A stretch of DNA of 64,000 bases from Betaproteobacteria bacterium (GTDB lineage Bacteria; Pseudomonadota; Gammaproteobacteria; Burkholderiales; Methylophilaceae): assembly GCA_016868195.1 (NCBI GenBank), contig VGHQ01000004.1, forward strand, positions 17,273 to 81,272, in the 5' to 3' direction. The notes beneath the pieces are model-generated. The model was not told where the DNA came from, ran no database searches, and saw only the letters and a list, made by a program, of their open reading frames with translations. Of the stretch, positions 38,989 to 48,141 are shown in pieces. The position numbers and the translations under genes were made by a program. Each line of letters begins with the position of its first letter. Position 1 is the first letter of the stretch.

Positions 38989-39921
38989 TTAATTTTTTTG
39001 TTTCTTTTCAGTCAATTGAACAAAAACATCTTCAAGACTTGTTTGATCTGGGGCAATTTGATAAAGTCCCCAACGATTTTTCACTGACAGTTTCACAATA
39101 GCCTCTGATGGTGATTGATTGTTTTTGAAATGTATTCGATACATACTTGCCTCGACTTTTTCAACCTCAGTCACACCTTCAACATCTTTTAGTGCTGACA
39201 AAGGAGGTGCTTTTGAAAAACCTACTAAAAGTTTATTTCCTTGTCGATGTTGTTTTAATTCCTCAATGGAGCCATGAAATACTAAATTACCTTTATCAAT
39301 AATCTGCACACGATCACAAACCATCTCAACTTCGGGAAGAATGTGTGTGGATAAAATAACGCTGTGCTTTTGACCTATCTCTCGAATAAGAGATCTTATT
39401 TCTCTAATTTGAATCGGGTCAAGACCTACTGTTGGCTCGTCTAAAATCACAACTAATGGATTATGAATAATAGCTTGAGCAATAGCTACGCGCTGTTGAT
39501 ATCCATTGGATAAGTTTTCAATTAATCGCTTGCTCATGTGACTTAAACCGCATTTTTCTTTTGCAGTATCTACAGCTTTTTTAATTTGGTTAGTAGATAC
39601 TTTATGTAGACGAGCAGCAATAGTTAAAAACTCGTCAACCGTAAGTTCTTTATATATAGGACGCGTTTCTGGCAAATAGCCGATCAATGCTTTTGCTTCT
39701 TTTGGATTTTCGATCATGTCGATACCACAAATTTTTACCGTGCCCACCGAAGGAGCTAAATTACCCGTGAGCATTCGCATGGTAGTAGATTTGCCAGCGC
39801 CATTTGGCCCTAAAAAACCTAAAACTTCGCCCTTTTCTAGATGAAAACTTACATTTTTAACAGCCTCACGGCCACCAAAAAGACGTGTCAGCTCAATAGC
39901 TTCTAGGGTTAAATTCAGCAT
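38989..39921 (-). CDS. ABC transporter ATP-binding protein (GldA/CcmA-like)
   Basis: 310 aa with Walker A GPNGAGKSTT, signature LSNGYQQR and Walker B VVILDEPTVGLD. Confidence 0.9.
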   Translation of the reverse strand: MLNLTLEAIELTRLFGGREAVKNVSFHLEKGEVLGFLGPNGAGKSTTMRMLTGNLAPSVGTVKICGIDMIENPKEAKALIGYLPETRPIYKELTVDEFLTIAARLHKVSTNQIKKAVDTAKEKCGLSHMSKRLIENLSNGYQQRVAIAQAIIHNPLVVILDEPTVGLDPIQIREIRSLIREIGQKHSVILSTHILPEVEMVCDRVQIIDKGNLVFHGSIEELKQHRQGNKLLVGFSKAPPLSALKDVEGVTEVEKVEASMYRIHFKNNQSPSEAIVKLSVKNRWGLYQIAPDQTSLEDVFVQLTEKKQKN

Positions 39922-40076
39922 AGATGTTTTTTTGAATTTTTAATGAAAAAATGAATCACAGATTATACATATTAAAAAAATTGTTTTGTTTTATTAACCA
40001 TCACATCAATGTTATGGGACTAATAATTAATCAAATTAGTTTAAACTATTATAAAAATCAAATCTCAGGAAACTTT

Positions 40077-41747
40077 ATGCATCTGCTTCGAATATTCTCA
40101 CTTTTTACTCTTCTATCCTTTGCCGCGGTTGCTAATGCTAAACCTGATCCATCTAGCTCTATTGACAATTATACCAATCCCGATCTTGTTTTTAGGCTCT
40201 TACTGGCTGAAATTGCCTCTCAGCGTGGCGAACTTAATCTTGCGAGCGAACTTTTTTTAGATTTAGCAAAGCAAACAGATAACGCACTTTTAGCCGAACG
40301 CGCTACGAGACTGACTAGCTATACAAGAAATGGCGAAATAGCTTTAGAGGCTTCTAAGATTTGGAATGAGCTTAGTAAAGAATCTATTGATGCCCAACAA
40401 GTGCTTAGTGAGATTCTTATAGCAAATAATAAACTCAATGAGGCCAAGCCAATTCTTCAAAAACTTTTACTTAAAGAAAAAACAAGAGCAGGTGGCTTTT
40501 TATATTTAAATAGTCTGTTCTCGAGAGTGTCGGATAAAAAAGCCGTATTGACTCTTGTCGCAGATTTAGCTAAGCCTTATCCCAAATTAGCTGAGGCACA
40601 TTTTGCTGTAGCGCACGCTGCCTGGTTAAACAAAGATCAAAAAATATATGAAAAAGAACTGGTCTCAATAAATCAAATTAAACCAGATTGGGAAATGCCT
40701 ATTTTATTCAGAGGGCAGATCTTAGCCCAAGAAAATCCTGAGAGAGCCCTTGCTTTTTTCAGTGAGTTTTTAAATAAATATCCTAAATCAAGCGAAGTAA
40801 GACTGGAATATGCAAAACTACTCACTAATGGTCGAAAGTTTAATGAAGCAAAAACTGAATTTATCAAGCTTGTAAATACTGCTAATAGTTCAGCAGAAAT
40901 TACAGTCGCTGTGGGTCTATTGTCATTAGAACTTGAAGATTACGATCTTGCGGAAAAATATTTCCTGCAAAGTCTAAAAAGAAATCCCAAAGACAAAGAC
41001 CAAATATTCGTCTATCTTGCGAAGATAGCAGACAAAAAAAATGAAAGCGAAGCAGCAATCACTTGGCTCAATAAAATTAACAATGGGCCTCGTTTTATTG
41101 AATCAAAACTAATCACGGCTGAAATCATTGCAAAAAAAGAATCCGTTGACAAAGCCTTATTTTTTTTAGACGGGCTCAAAGTAAATTCGCCTGATGAAAA
41201 ATTAACACTCATTCAATCAAAGACATCATTTCTCACCAGGGCTAATCGCCACCAAGAGGCATTTCAAATTATGCAAAATGAGGCATCAAACTTCCCTCAT
41301 TCACCTGAATTTAAATTTGATTATGCACTTCTTGCCGACAAATTAAATAAATACGACTTAATGGAAAAGCTTTTAAGAGAGGCTATTAAAATCAAACCTG
41401 ATTATGCTGTTGCATACAATGCCCTTGGGTATTCATATGCGGATCGTAATATTAATTTAGAAGATGCTAAAAAATATATTGAAGTTGCTTTATCAATTTC
41501 GCCCAATAATCATTATATTTTAGATAGTATGGGCTGGCTCTATTATAGATTGGGCAAACTAGATTCAGCACTTTCATTTATCCAAAAAGCATACGATGTG
41601 CAACCTGATCCTGAAATCGCCGCACACTTGGGTGAGATTTTATGGGCCCAAGGAAGAAAAAAGGAAGCAAATGATATCTGGGATCTTTCACTTCAATCAT
41701 TTCCTGATAATGAAATTTTAAAAGAAACCTTCAAAAGACTTCATTAA
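40077..41747 (+). CDS. secreted tetratricopeptide-repeat (TPR) protein
   Basis: The ORF-track frame is 39951..41747. The ATG at 40077 follows AGGA and gives signal peptide MHLLRIFSLFTLLSFAAVANA. TPR-like repeats run throughout (e.g. AVAYNALGYSYADRNINLEDAKKYIEVAL). Confidence 0.8.
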   Translation: MHLLRIFSLFTLLSFAAVANAKPDPSSSIDNYTNPDLVFRLLLAEIASQRGELNLASELFLDLAKQTDNALLAERATRLTSYTRNGEIALEASKIWNELSKESIDAQQVLSEILIANNKLNEAKPILQKLLLKEKTRAGGFLYLNSLFSRVSDKKAVLTLVADLAKPYPKLAEAHFAVAHAAWLNKDQKIYEKELVSINQIKPDWEMPILFRGQILAQENPERALAFFSEFLNKYPKSSEVRLEYAKLLTNGRKFNEAKTEFIKLVNTANSSAEITVAVGLLSLELEDYDLAEKYFLQSLKRNPKDKDQIFVYLAKIADKKNESEAAITWLNKINNGPRFIESKLITAEIIAKKESVDKALFFLDGLKVNSPDEKLTLIQSKTSFLTRANRHQEAFQIMQNEASNFPHSPEFKFDYALLADKLNKYDLMEKLLREAIKIKPDYAVAYNALGYSYADRNINLEDAKKYIEVALSISPNNHYILDSMGWLYYRLGKLDSALSFIQKAYDVQPDPEIAAHLGEILWAQGRKKEANDIWDLSLQSFPDNEILKETFKRLH

Positions 41748-41768
41748 TTTTCAAGAGTTGGCCATCAA

Positions 41769-42386
41769 TTGAATTTTAAATATGTTCTAACTTTTTTAGC
41801 AATTTTTTTTCTTTCTGCATGCGCAACTTTAAACGATCCATTTGAGATGTTTAAATCTCATGCGCCTTCAATTGAGACGCCCCAAGCAATGAATGAAAAT
41901 CTGTTTATTGACGAATTTTCCATAAAAGCTAAGTTCTCCTATTCTGCAGACTCAAAGGGTGGTTCGGGTCGACTTATTTGGCGCTATGAAAATAATCAAG
42001 ATGAAATTGATATCTTTACACCTTTCAATAATCAGGTAGCAAAAATCATTTACTCAGCTAATAAAAAAAAGATCATTGATAGCAATGGAAAAATTTTATC
42101 TGGAGATGATTTTGATCATTACATACAAGCCTTATTCGGAAAAAATATCTCACCAGACCTGTTTAGACATCTTATTACAAATCATATTGAGCAGATTAAA
42201 GATTTGCACAAAGAAGACAATGAATTGAATCGAGCTACGCATTTTTATAACGATGAATGGAAGATTGTAATTAATGCATTTAAGACACAAGACAAACTGA
42301 CTATTCCATCGAAAATATCAATATCCCAAGGCACATTCAATTTTAATTTTATTGTAGAAGAGATTATTAACATTGCAGGCAAATGA
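41769..42386 (+). CDS. lolB: outer-membrane lipoprotein receptor LolB
   Basis: 205 aa with a TTG start and lipobox FFLSAC. It lies in the conserved position upstream of ispE. Sequence-level similarity was not verified. Confidence 0.7.
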   Translation: MNFKYVLTFLAIFFLSACATLNDPFEMFKSHAPSIETPQAMNENLFIDEFSIKAKFSYSADSKGGSGRLIWRYENNQDEIDIFTPFNNQVAKIIYSANKKKIIDSNGKILSGDDFDHYIQALFGKNISPDLFRHLITNHIEQIKDLHKEDNELNRATHFYNDEWKIVINAFKTQDKLTIPSKISISQGTFNFNFIVEEIINIAGK

Positions 42387-42396
42387 ACTAATAGGT

Positions 42397-43251
42397 ATGG
42401 GTTTTAGGGAGTTTTTGGCGCCTGCTAAATTAAATCTATTCCTTCATGTCGTTAGCAAGCGAACTGACGGCTATCACAATATTCAAACAGTTTTCCAACT
42501 TATCAGCCTTTATGATCATATTTTTATTAAAACAAATACATCTGGGAATATTCGTCGTATTTCAGATCACCATGCGATTCAGGAATGTGACGATTTAACA
42601 ATCAAAGCGGCTCAAATATTAAAGCCTTTGTGTGAGAATCAGTCGGGAGCAGATATTTTTATTAAAAAAAATATTCCGATGGGGGGTGGCCTTGGTGGCG
42701 GAAGTTCAGATGCTGCTACGACGCTTATTGCCCTAAATGCTCTATGGCAATGCCATTTGAGTCAAAAAGAGCTTCAAGAATTAGCCCTTAAATTAGGGGC
42801 TGATGTTCCTTTCTTTATTTTTGGCCAAAATGCTTGGGCTGAAGGTTTAGGCGAAAAACTCACACCCTTCTCTATCACAATGCGAGATTACCTCGTTATA
42901 GCACCGAATGAGACGGTTTTTACAAGAGAGGTTTTTGAGTCACTTGAATTGACAAAAGACCGGATTCCATTGAAAATAGTAGGCTTTTCCGATGAATTGG
43001 ACCTTAAAAATTTGGCCAATGACTTAGAAAAAGGGGTCTTAAAAAAATTTAAAGGCATTTCCGTTGCTTTTGATTGGTTAAACCAATTTGGCCACGCAAA
43101 GATGACAGGTTCAGGATCATGTATCTTCATACCTTTAAGTTCGATAGATAAAGGCATGGAAATTTTAGAAAAAAGGCCTCAAGATACACTGGGCTTTATA
43201 GTTAAAGGATTAGATAACCACCCGCATTTGAATTTAATGCTGGGAACATAA
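42397..43251 (+). CDS. ispE: 4-diphosphocytidyl-2-C-methyl-D-erythritol kinase
   Basis: PAKLNLFLHV N-terminus and GHMP kinase motif PMGGGLGGGSSDAA. The ATG at 42397 is preferred over the TTG at 42373, which overlaps lolB. Confidence 0.92.
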   Translation: MGFREFLAPAKLNLFLHVVSKRTDGYHNIQTVFQLISLYDHIFIKTNTSGNIRRISDHHAIQECDDLTIKAAQILKPLCENQSGADIFIKKNIPMGGGLGGGSSDAATTLIALNALWQCHLSQKELQELALKLGADVPFFIFGQNAWAEGLGEKLTPFSITMRDYLVIAPNETVFTREVFESLELTKDRIPLKIVGFSDELDLKNLANDLEKGVLKKFKGISVAFDWLNQFGHAKMTGSGSCIFIPLSSIDKGMEILEKRPQDTLGFIVKGLDNHPHLNLMLGT

Positions 43252-43258
43252 TAACCAT

Positions 43259-43335
43259 AGGGGAGTCGCCAAGCTGGTTAAGGCACTGGATTTTGATTCC
43301 AGCATGCGAAGGTTCGAATCCTTCCTCCCCTGCCA
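43259..43335 (+). tRNA. tRNA-Gln (anticodon TTG)
   Basis: Manual cloverleaf: acceptor AGGGGAG/CTCCCCT, anticodon stem CTGGA/TCCAG with loop TTTTGAT, T-arm GAAGG-TTCGAAT-CCTTC, and an encoded CCA. Confidence 0.9.
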
Positions 43336-43371
43336 TTTTTAAATAGACCGCTCATAACTAGGACCGAGATT

Positions 43372-44322
43372 TTGGACAATAATAGCGTTATGATATTCAC
43401 TGGGAATGCCAACCCTCTTCTTGCTGAGCAAGTGGCTGGGAACCTAGAGATTCAACTTGGGCGTGCCGATGTAGGCCGTTTTAGCGATGGCGAAGTTATG
43501 GTTGAACTTCTTGAAAATGTTCGCGGTAGAGATGTTTTTGTTCTTCAATCTACAAGCCATCCTACTAACGATAACCTAATGGAAGTTATGGTGATTGTAG
43601 ATGCCCTAAGGAGATCATCCGCATCAAGAATTACAGCGGCAATTCCTTACCTTGGCTACTCAAGACAGGATAGAAGACCAAGATCGGCGCGCGTTGCAAT
43701 TACTGCGAAAGTTGTAGCAAATATGCTTACAAGTGTTGGTGTAAATAGACTCCTTACTATGGATCTACATTCCGACCAAATTCAGGGATTTTTTGATATT
43801 CCTGTGGACAATATATATGCAACGCCCGTACTTCTCAAAGATTTGCTTGAACAAAATCATAAAAATCTTGTGATAGTGTCGCCCGATGTAGGCGGTGTTG
43901 TAAGAGCTAGAGCTTGCGCTAAACAATTGGGCTCCGATCTTGCAATTATTGACAAACGTAGACCCAAGCCTAACGAATCTAAAGTGATGAATATTATTGG
44001 GGTTGTGGAAAATAGAACCTGCGTCATAATTGATGACATGGTTGATACTGCATATACACTTTGTGAAGCTGCAGCTGCTCTAAAAAAGAATGGTGCTATT
44101 AAAGTAGTGGCTTATGCAACACACCCTATTCTTTCAGGGGAAGCAACAAAAATTATTACCGAATCTGAACTAGATGAATTAGTTGTAACAAATACCATTC
44201 CACTAAGTAAGGCGGCAATGGCATGTAAAAAAATTAGACAGCTTAGTGTTGCTGAGCTTTTGGCAGAAACGATTCGTCGAATAAGCCAAGGCGACTCCGT
44301 AAGTTCTCTTTTTATGGAGTAA
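43372..44322 (+). CDS. prs: ribose-phosphate pyrophosphokinase
   Basis: 316 aa with [21 protein letters not shown] and PRPP-binding [14 protein letters not shown] start at 43372, with an alternative ATG at 43390. Confidence 0.95.
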   Translation: MDNNSVMIFTGNANPLLAEQVAGNLEIQLGRADVGRFSDGEVMVELLENVRGRDVFVLQSTSHPTNDNLMEVMVIVDALRRSSASRITAAIPYLGYSRQDRRPRSARVAITAKVVANMLTSVGVNRLLTMDLHSDQIQGFFDIPVDNIYATPVLLKDLLEQNHKNLVIVSPDVGGVVRARACAKQLGSDLAIIDKRRPKPNESKVMNIIGVVENRTCVIIDDMVDTAYTLCEAAAALKKNGAIKVVAYATHPILSGEATKIITESELDELVVTNTIPLSKAAMACKKIRQLSVAELLAETIRRISQGDSVSSLFME

Positions 44323-44396
44323 TGAATTTGGTCATGTTGATCAACAAACTGCTGCAGTCTGGTCGCGGAATGCAGATTTAAATTAAGGAGTAGTAA

Positions 44397-45092
44397 ATGA
44401 AAATTGAAATTAGTGCAACAAAACGTGATGTGAAAGGTACGGGTGCGAGCCGCCGTCTTCGCCACGCTGGAAGTATTCCTGGAATTTTATATGGAGGCGG
44501 CAAAGAGCCCATCTTTCTTGACCTTGAACAAAAATCTTTATTTTTACAATTTAGACATGAAGCATTTCATGCGTCGATCTTAACGCTTAACTTAGAAGGC
44601 AGTAAAGAGGCTGTCTTATTAAGAGACTATCAAATGCATCCTGTGAGAAATACAATTCAGCATATTGACTTTCAGCGTGTTAATGAAAATGAAAAAATCC
44701 ACGTTAAAGTGCCATTCCATTTTATTAATGCTGAAGTTTCTCCAGGCGTTAAACTCAATGGTGGTATTGTTTCGCACATCATGACTGAAGCAAATATTTC
44801 TTGCTTACCAAAAAATCTTCCTGAGTTTATTGAAGTTGATTTGGCAACAATGGATATTGGTCAATCAATCCATTTATCAGAAATTAAAATGGCTGAAGGT
44901 GTCGAATTCGTTCAGCTTGCTCATGGTAATGATGCAGCAGTAGCTTCTGTTGCTAAACCAAGGGCTGTGGTTGAAGAGGTTGAAGCCAAGCCAGCAGAAG
45001 ATGCTGTTGATGCAGCCGCCCCAGCAGCTGACGGTGCTGAGGCTTCAGATGTAGCTCCGGCTGAAGACGCTAAATCAGAAAAAGCTAAATAA
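44397..45092 (+). CDS. rplY: 50S ribosomal protein L25 (Ctc form)
   Basis: 231 aa with RLRHAGSIPGILYGG and HPVRNTIQHIDFQRV, plus an Ala/Glu/Asp-rich C-terminal tail. Confidence 0.93.
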   Translation: MKIEISATKRDVKGTGASRRLRHAGSIPGILYGGGKEPIFLDLEQKSLFLQFRHEAFHASILTLNLEGSKEAVLLRDYQMHPVRNTIQHIDFQRVNENEKIHVKVPFHFINAEVSPGVKLNGGIVSHIMTEANISCLPKNLPEFIEVDLATMDIGQSIHLSEIKMAEGVEFVQLAHGNDAAVASVAKPRAVVEEVEAKPAEDAVDAAAPAADGAEASDVAPAEDAKSEKAK

Positions 45093-45108
45093 CCTAGCTT
45101 TGATAATG

Positions 45109-45153
45109 AATAAAGCGCACTTTTTTTTAAAATTAAGTGCGCTTTATTTTTTC
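45109..45153 (+). terminator. rho-independent terminator after rplY
   Basis: A perfect 14-bp stem AATAAAGCGCACTT/AAGTGCGCTTTATT (45109-45122 / 45135-45148) is followed by TTTTCTT. The pth ATG follows at 45156. Confidence 0.7.
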
Positions 45154-45155
45154 TT

Positions 45156-45731
45156 ATGAGCCAAATTAAATTATTTGTAGGTCTCGGAAACCCTAGCGAA
45201 AAATATTCCAATACCAGACACAATGCTGGATTTTGGTGGATAGATCTCGTCGCCCACCAACAAAATATCAAATTACAAAGCAGCGATAAATTTTTTTCAA
45301 GTTTTGGTAAGTCTTCGAATGCTGAAGAATTTTATTTTGCAAAGCCTAATACATTTATGAATGACAGTGGTAAAACCCTTGCAGCAATTACAAAGTTCTA
45401 CAAAATAGATCCAAATGAAATTCTTGTGATTCATGACGATCTTGATATAGAGGTTGGACAAGCTAAACTAAAATTTGGTGGCAGTCACGGAGGACATAAT
45501 GGCCTTAAAAGTATATTTGCATCCATTAGCTCTCAAGATTTTTGGCGCTTAAAGATTGGTATTGGGCACCCGGGTGAAAAACATTTAGTTATAGATTACG
45601 TATTAAAAAATCCATCATCTAAGGAGAGAAATCTCATTGATGAATCTATAGAAATAAGCAGTCAGCTTTTTAATGAAATTGCATCAGGTCAATTTGAAAA
45701 AGCCATGCTCATTCTTCATACCAATAAATAA
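45156..45731 (+). CDS. pth: peptidyl-tRNA hydrolase
   Basis: 191 aa with VGLGNPSEKYSNTRHNAGF and GGHNGLKS. Confidence 0.95.
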   Translation: MSQIKLFVGLGNPSEKYSNTRHNAGFWWIDLVAHQQNIKLQSSDKFFSSFGKSSNAEEFYFAKPNTFMNDSGKTLAAITKFYKIDPNEILVIHDDLDIEVGQAKLKFGGSHGGHNGLKSIFASISSQDFWRLKIGIGHPGEKHLVIDYVLKNPSSKERNLIDESIEISSQLFNEIASGQFEKAMLILHTNK

Positions 45732-45743
45732 AGAAAAAAAATT

Positions 45744-46829
45744 ATGAAATGTGGAATTGTTGGACTGCCGAACGTTGGAAAATCAACGCTATTCAATGCG
45801 ATTACTAAAGCAAGTATTGCTGCTGAAAATTATCCTTTCTGCACGATTGAACCCAATATTGGGATTGTAGAAGTACCGGATCCTAGAATTGAAAAACTCA
45901 GAGCTATTGTTAACCCAGAAAAAACACAGCCAGCTATAGTAGAATTCGTTGACATCGCAGGTCTTGTGGCCGGAGCATCAAAAGGTGAAGGTCTTGGTAA
46001 TAAATTTTTAGCAAACATTAGAGAGACTGACGCTATAGTGCATGTAGTTCGCTGCTTTCAAGATGACAACATTGTGCACGTTTCAGGTAAGGTTGACCCT
46101 CTTTCTGATATTGAGGTCATCAATACAGAACTTATTTTGGCTGATATGGAAACGGTAGATAAAACACTTCAGCGAGAAAATAAAAAAGCAAAATCAGGAG
46201 ATAAAGAAGCTATTCAACTTGTTTCAATTCTGACAAAAATTTCTACTCATCTCGATCAAGGAAAATTAGTTAAAAATTTAAATCTTGATGATGATGAAGT
46301 AAAGCTTATTAAGCCTTTATGTTTAATTACAGTTAAGCCTGTGATGTTTGTAGCTAACGTCAATGAAATAGGATTTACTAACAATCCGATACTCGACTCA
46401 CTGAAAGCTTTAGGTCAAAAAGAAAATTTTCCTGTTATTTCTATTTGCGCAAAAATTGAAGCAGAGATTGCAGATTTAGAAGATGAGGATAAGGCTATAT
46501 TTTTAAGTGAATTAGGGTTAGAAGAACCAGGTCTCGATAGAGTAATCAGGTCGGCTTATGCTCTTTTGGGATTACAAACTTACTTCACAGCAGGTGTTAA
46601 AGAGGTAAGGGCGTGGACCTTAAAAAAGGGTGCGACTGCACCCGAAGCTGCTGGTGTTATTCATACGGACTTTGAAAAGGGCTTTATTCGAGCTGAGGTT
46701 ATTTCTTACGATGATTTCATTGCCTTTAATGGCGAACAAAAATCTAAAGAAGCTGGGAAAATGCGTTTAGAAGGCAAGGAATACATCGTGAAAGATGGTG
46801 ATGTTATGCATTTTAGATTTAACGTCTAA
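45744..46829 (+). CDS. ychF: ribosome-binding ATPase YchF
   Basis: 361 aa with [29 protein letters not shown] and a C-terminal TGS-like domain. Confidence 0.95.
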   Translation: MKCGIVGLPNVGKSTLFNAITKASIAAENYPFCTIEPNIGIVEVPDPRIEKLRAIVNPEKTQPAIVEFVDIAGLVAGASKGEGLGNKFLANIRETDAIVHVVRCFQDDNIVHVSGKVDPLSDIEVINTELILADMETVDKTLQRENKKAKSGDKEAIQLVSILTKISTHLDQGKLVKNLNLDDDEVKLIKPLCLITVKPVMFVANVNEIGFTNNPILDSLKALGQKENFPVISICAKIEAEIADLEDEDKAIFLSELGLEEPGLDRVIRSAYALLGLQTYFTAGVKEVRAWTLKKGATAPEAAGVIHTDFEKGFIRAEVISYDDFIAFNGEQKSKEAGKMRLEGKEYIVKDGDVMHFRFNV

Positions 46830-46838
46830 TATCAGCCT

Positions 46839-46867
46839 TTGACTTTAGCTGTTTAAAAAAATATAAT
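46839..46867 (+). promoter_or_regulatory. near-consensus sigma70 promoter for tRNA-Met
   Basis: TTGACT (46839-46844), a 17-nt spacer, then TATAAT (46862-46867). The tRNA starts 27 nt downstream. Confidence 0.7.
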
Positions 46868-46893
46868 TCAACGCTTTATTTTGTTACATAAAA

Positions 46894-46970
46894 GGTGATG
46901 TAGCTCAGCTGGTTAGAGCGCAGGATTCATAATCCTGAGGTCGAGAGTTCAAGTCTCTCCATCACCACCA
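46894..46970 (+). tRNA. tRNA with CAT anticodon, most likely elongator tRNA-Met (tRNA-Ile2/lysidine not excluded)
   Basis: GGTGATGTAGCTCAGCTGGTTAGAGCGCAGGATTCATAATCCTGAGGTCGAGAGTTCAAGTCTCTCCATCACCACCA. The 1:72 pair is G-C and there is no GGG/CCC anticodon stem, so it is not an initiator. The D-arm resembles elongator Met. Confidence 0.85.
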
Positions 46971-46974
46971 TCTT

Positions 46975-48105
46975 TTAAAGATTAAAATTCGTTTTATATG
47001 GTGCTCTTTCATTAAGTTCGTTTGTATACTTATCAATTCCATTCTTTTCTCTTCTTAAAAAATCTTTGATTGCATGCTCAAATTTTTCATCAAAAATTCG
47101 ATGAAATGAAAATGTATTGAATGGCTCAAAACCTCTTGCGAGTTTATGCTCTCCTTGAGCCCCGCCCTCGAATGCAGCTATTTCATTTTCAATACAAAAT
47201 TCCTGGCCTTGATAGTATGAAAGTTCGAAATGCAATCCAGGATAAAAAGATTTTGAACCCCAATATCTTCCATATAAATTTTTATCGTCATAAATAAAGA
47301 ATGATCCTGCAATAGGTATATCGTCTCCGTATGCCAATATTAACAATATATTCTCAGGCATACTTTCACTAATAAGGCTAAAAAAACTTCGTGTGAGATA
47401 CGGGTGCGAGTGATGTTCTTGATAGGTATTGCAATAACAAGCATAAAAAAAATCTAAATCTGATTCAGCAATTTCCAGACCTTTTATTTTTTTAATTTTA
47501 AGCCCTAAGTCCTGAATTTTTTTTCGCTCTTGTTTTATTTTTTTTCGCTTATCGTGAGAAAGCTGAGATAGGAATTCTTCAAAATTTTTGTAATTTTTGT
47601 TAAACCATTTAAATTGTACGCCTTCTCTTAACATCCATTTTAAATCTAGGTATGCGTTTGGCTCGCTTTCATCACAAAATAAAATATGGCTTGATGACAT
47701 TTTATTTTTATAGGCTAGCCCTTCTATCTGTGAAACTATATTTTTTTTAATTGACGCGTCTAACCCAAAAACTCTAGGCCCAGAAGCGGGAGTAAATGGT
47801 ATGCATGACACGATCTTTGGATAATAGCTTTCCCCATATTTCTGATAGGCTTCCGCCCAAGACCAATCAAATACATATTCGCCATAAGAGTGCTCTTTTA
47901 AAAATATAGGTGAAGCGCCAACGAGCTTTCCTTCATGGGTAACGGTTACCGGAAAAGGATACCAACCTGTGCCCTCTCCTATGGAATTTGATCCTTCAAG
48001 CGATTGAAAAAATTCAAGCCTTAAAAAAGGATTTGATTTTGTAAGATCATTCCATTCTTTTTGATTAATATTTTTAAAGCTAGATTGAAATTCTATGTGC
48101 GCCAT
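46975..48105 (-). CDS. FemAB-like / DUF482 GNAT-fold protein (annotated in databases as peptidoglycan biosynthesis/recognition family), function unknown
   Basis: 376 aa. NPFLRLEFFQSLEGS...GWYPFPV and FEGGAQGEHKLARGFEP are typical of this family. The call is from memory and was not searched. Confidence 0.65.
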   Translation of the reverse strand: MAHIEFQSSFKNINQKEWNDLTKSNPFLRLEFFQSLEGSNSIGEGTGWYPFPVTVTHEGKLVGASPIFLKEHSYGEYVFDWSWAEAYQKYGESYYPKIVSCIPFTPASGPRVFGLDASIKKNIVSQIEGLAYKNKMSSSHILFCDESEPNAYLDLKWMLREGVQFKWFNKNYKNFEEFLSQLSHDKRKKIKQERKKIQDLGLKIKKIKGLEIAESDLDFFYACYCNTYQEHHSHPYLTRSFFSLISESMPENILLILAYGDDIPIAGSFFIYDDKNLYGRYWGSKSFYPGLHFELSYYQGQEFCIENEIAAFEGGAQGEHKLARGFEPFNTFSFHRIFDEKFEHAIKDFLRREKNGIDKYTNELNERAPYKTNFNL

Positions 48106-48141
48106 AGCGATCTATTTTAACGAAGAATCACTAAGGGAAAT

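Noticed and set aside
39951-40076. 42-codon N-terminal extension of the TPR protein ORF
   Set aside because: The ATG at 40077 is preceded by AGGA and starts a textbook signal peptide. The extension lies in the divergent promoter region.
44952-45092. Locally GC-rich Ala/Glu/Asp low-complexity tail of L25 as a possible foreign insert
   Set aside because: It is in frame and contiguous with rplY, and Ctc-type L25 proteins commonly carry such tails. There are no flanking repeats.
44112-45271. 117-aa and 116-aa minus-strand ORFs (44112..44465 and 44921..45271) across the prs-rplY and rplY-pth junctions
   Set aside because: Both lie antisense to prs and rplY. The second is produced by the GC-rich Ala/Glu/Asp tail of L25. 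They have low-complexity translations and no Shine-Dalgarno.
46894-46970. CAT-anticodon tRNA as initiator tRNA-fMet
   Set aside because: The 1:72 pair is Watson-Crick (G-C) and the anticodon stem lacks the three consecutive G-C pairs typical of initiators.
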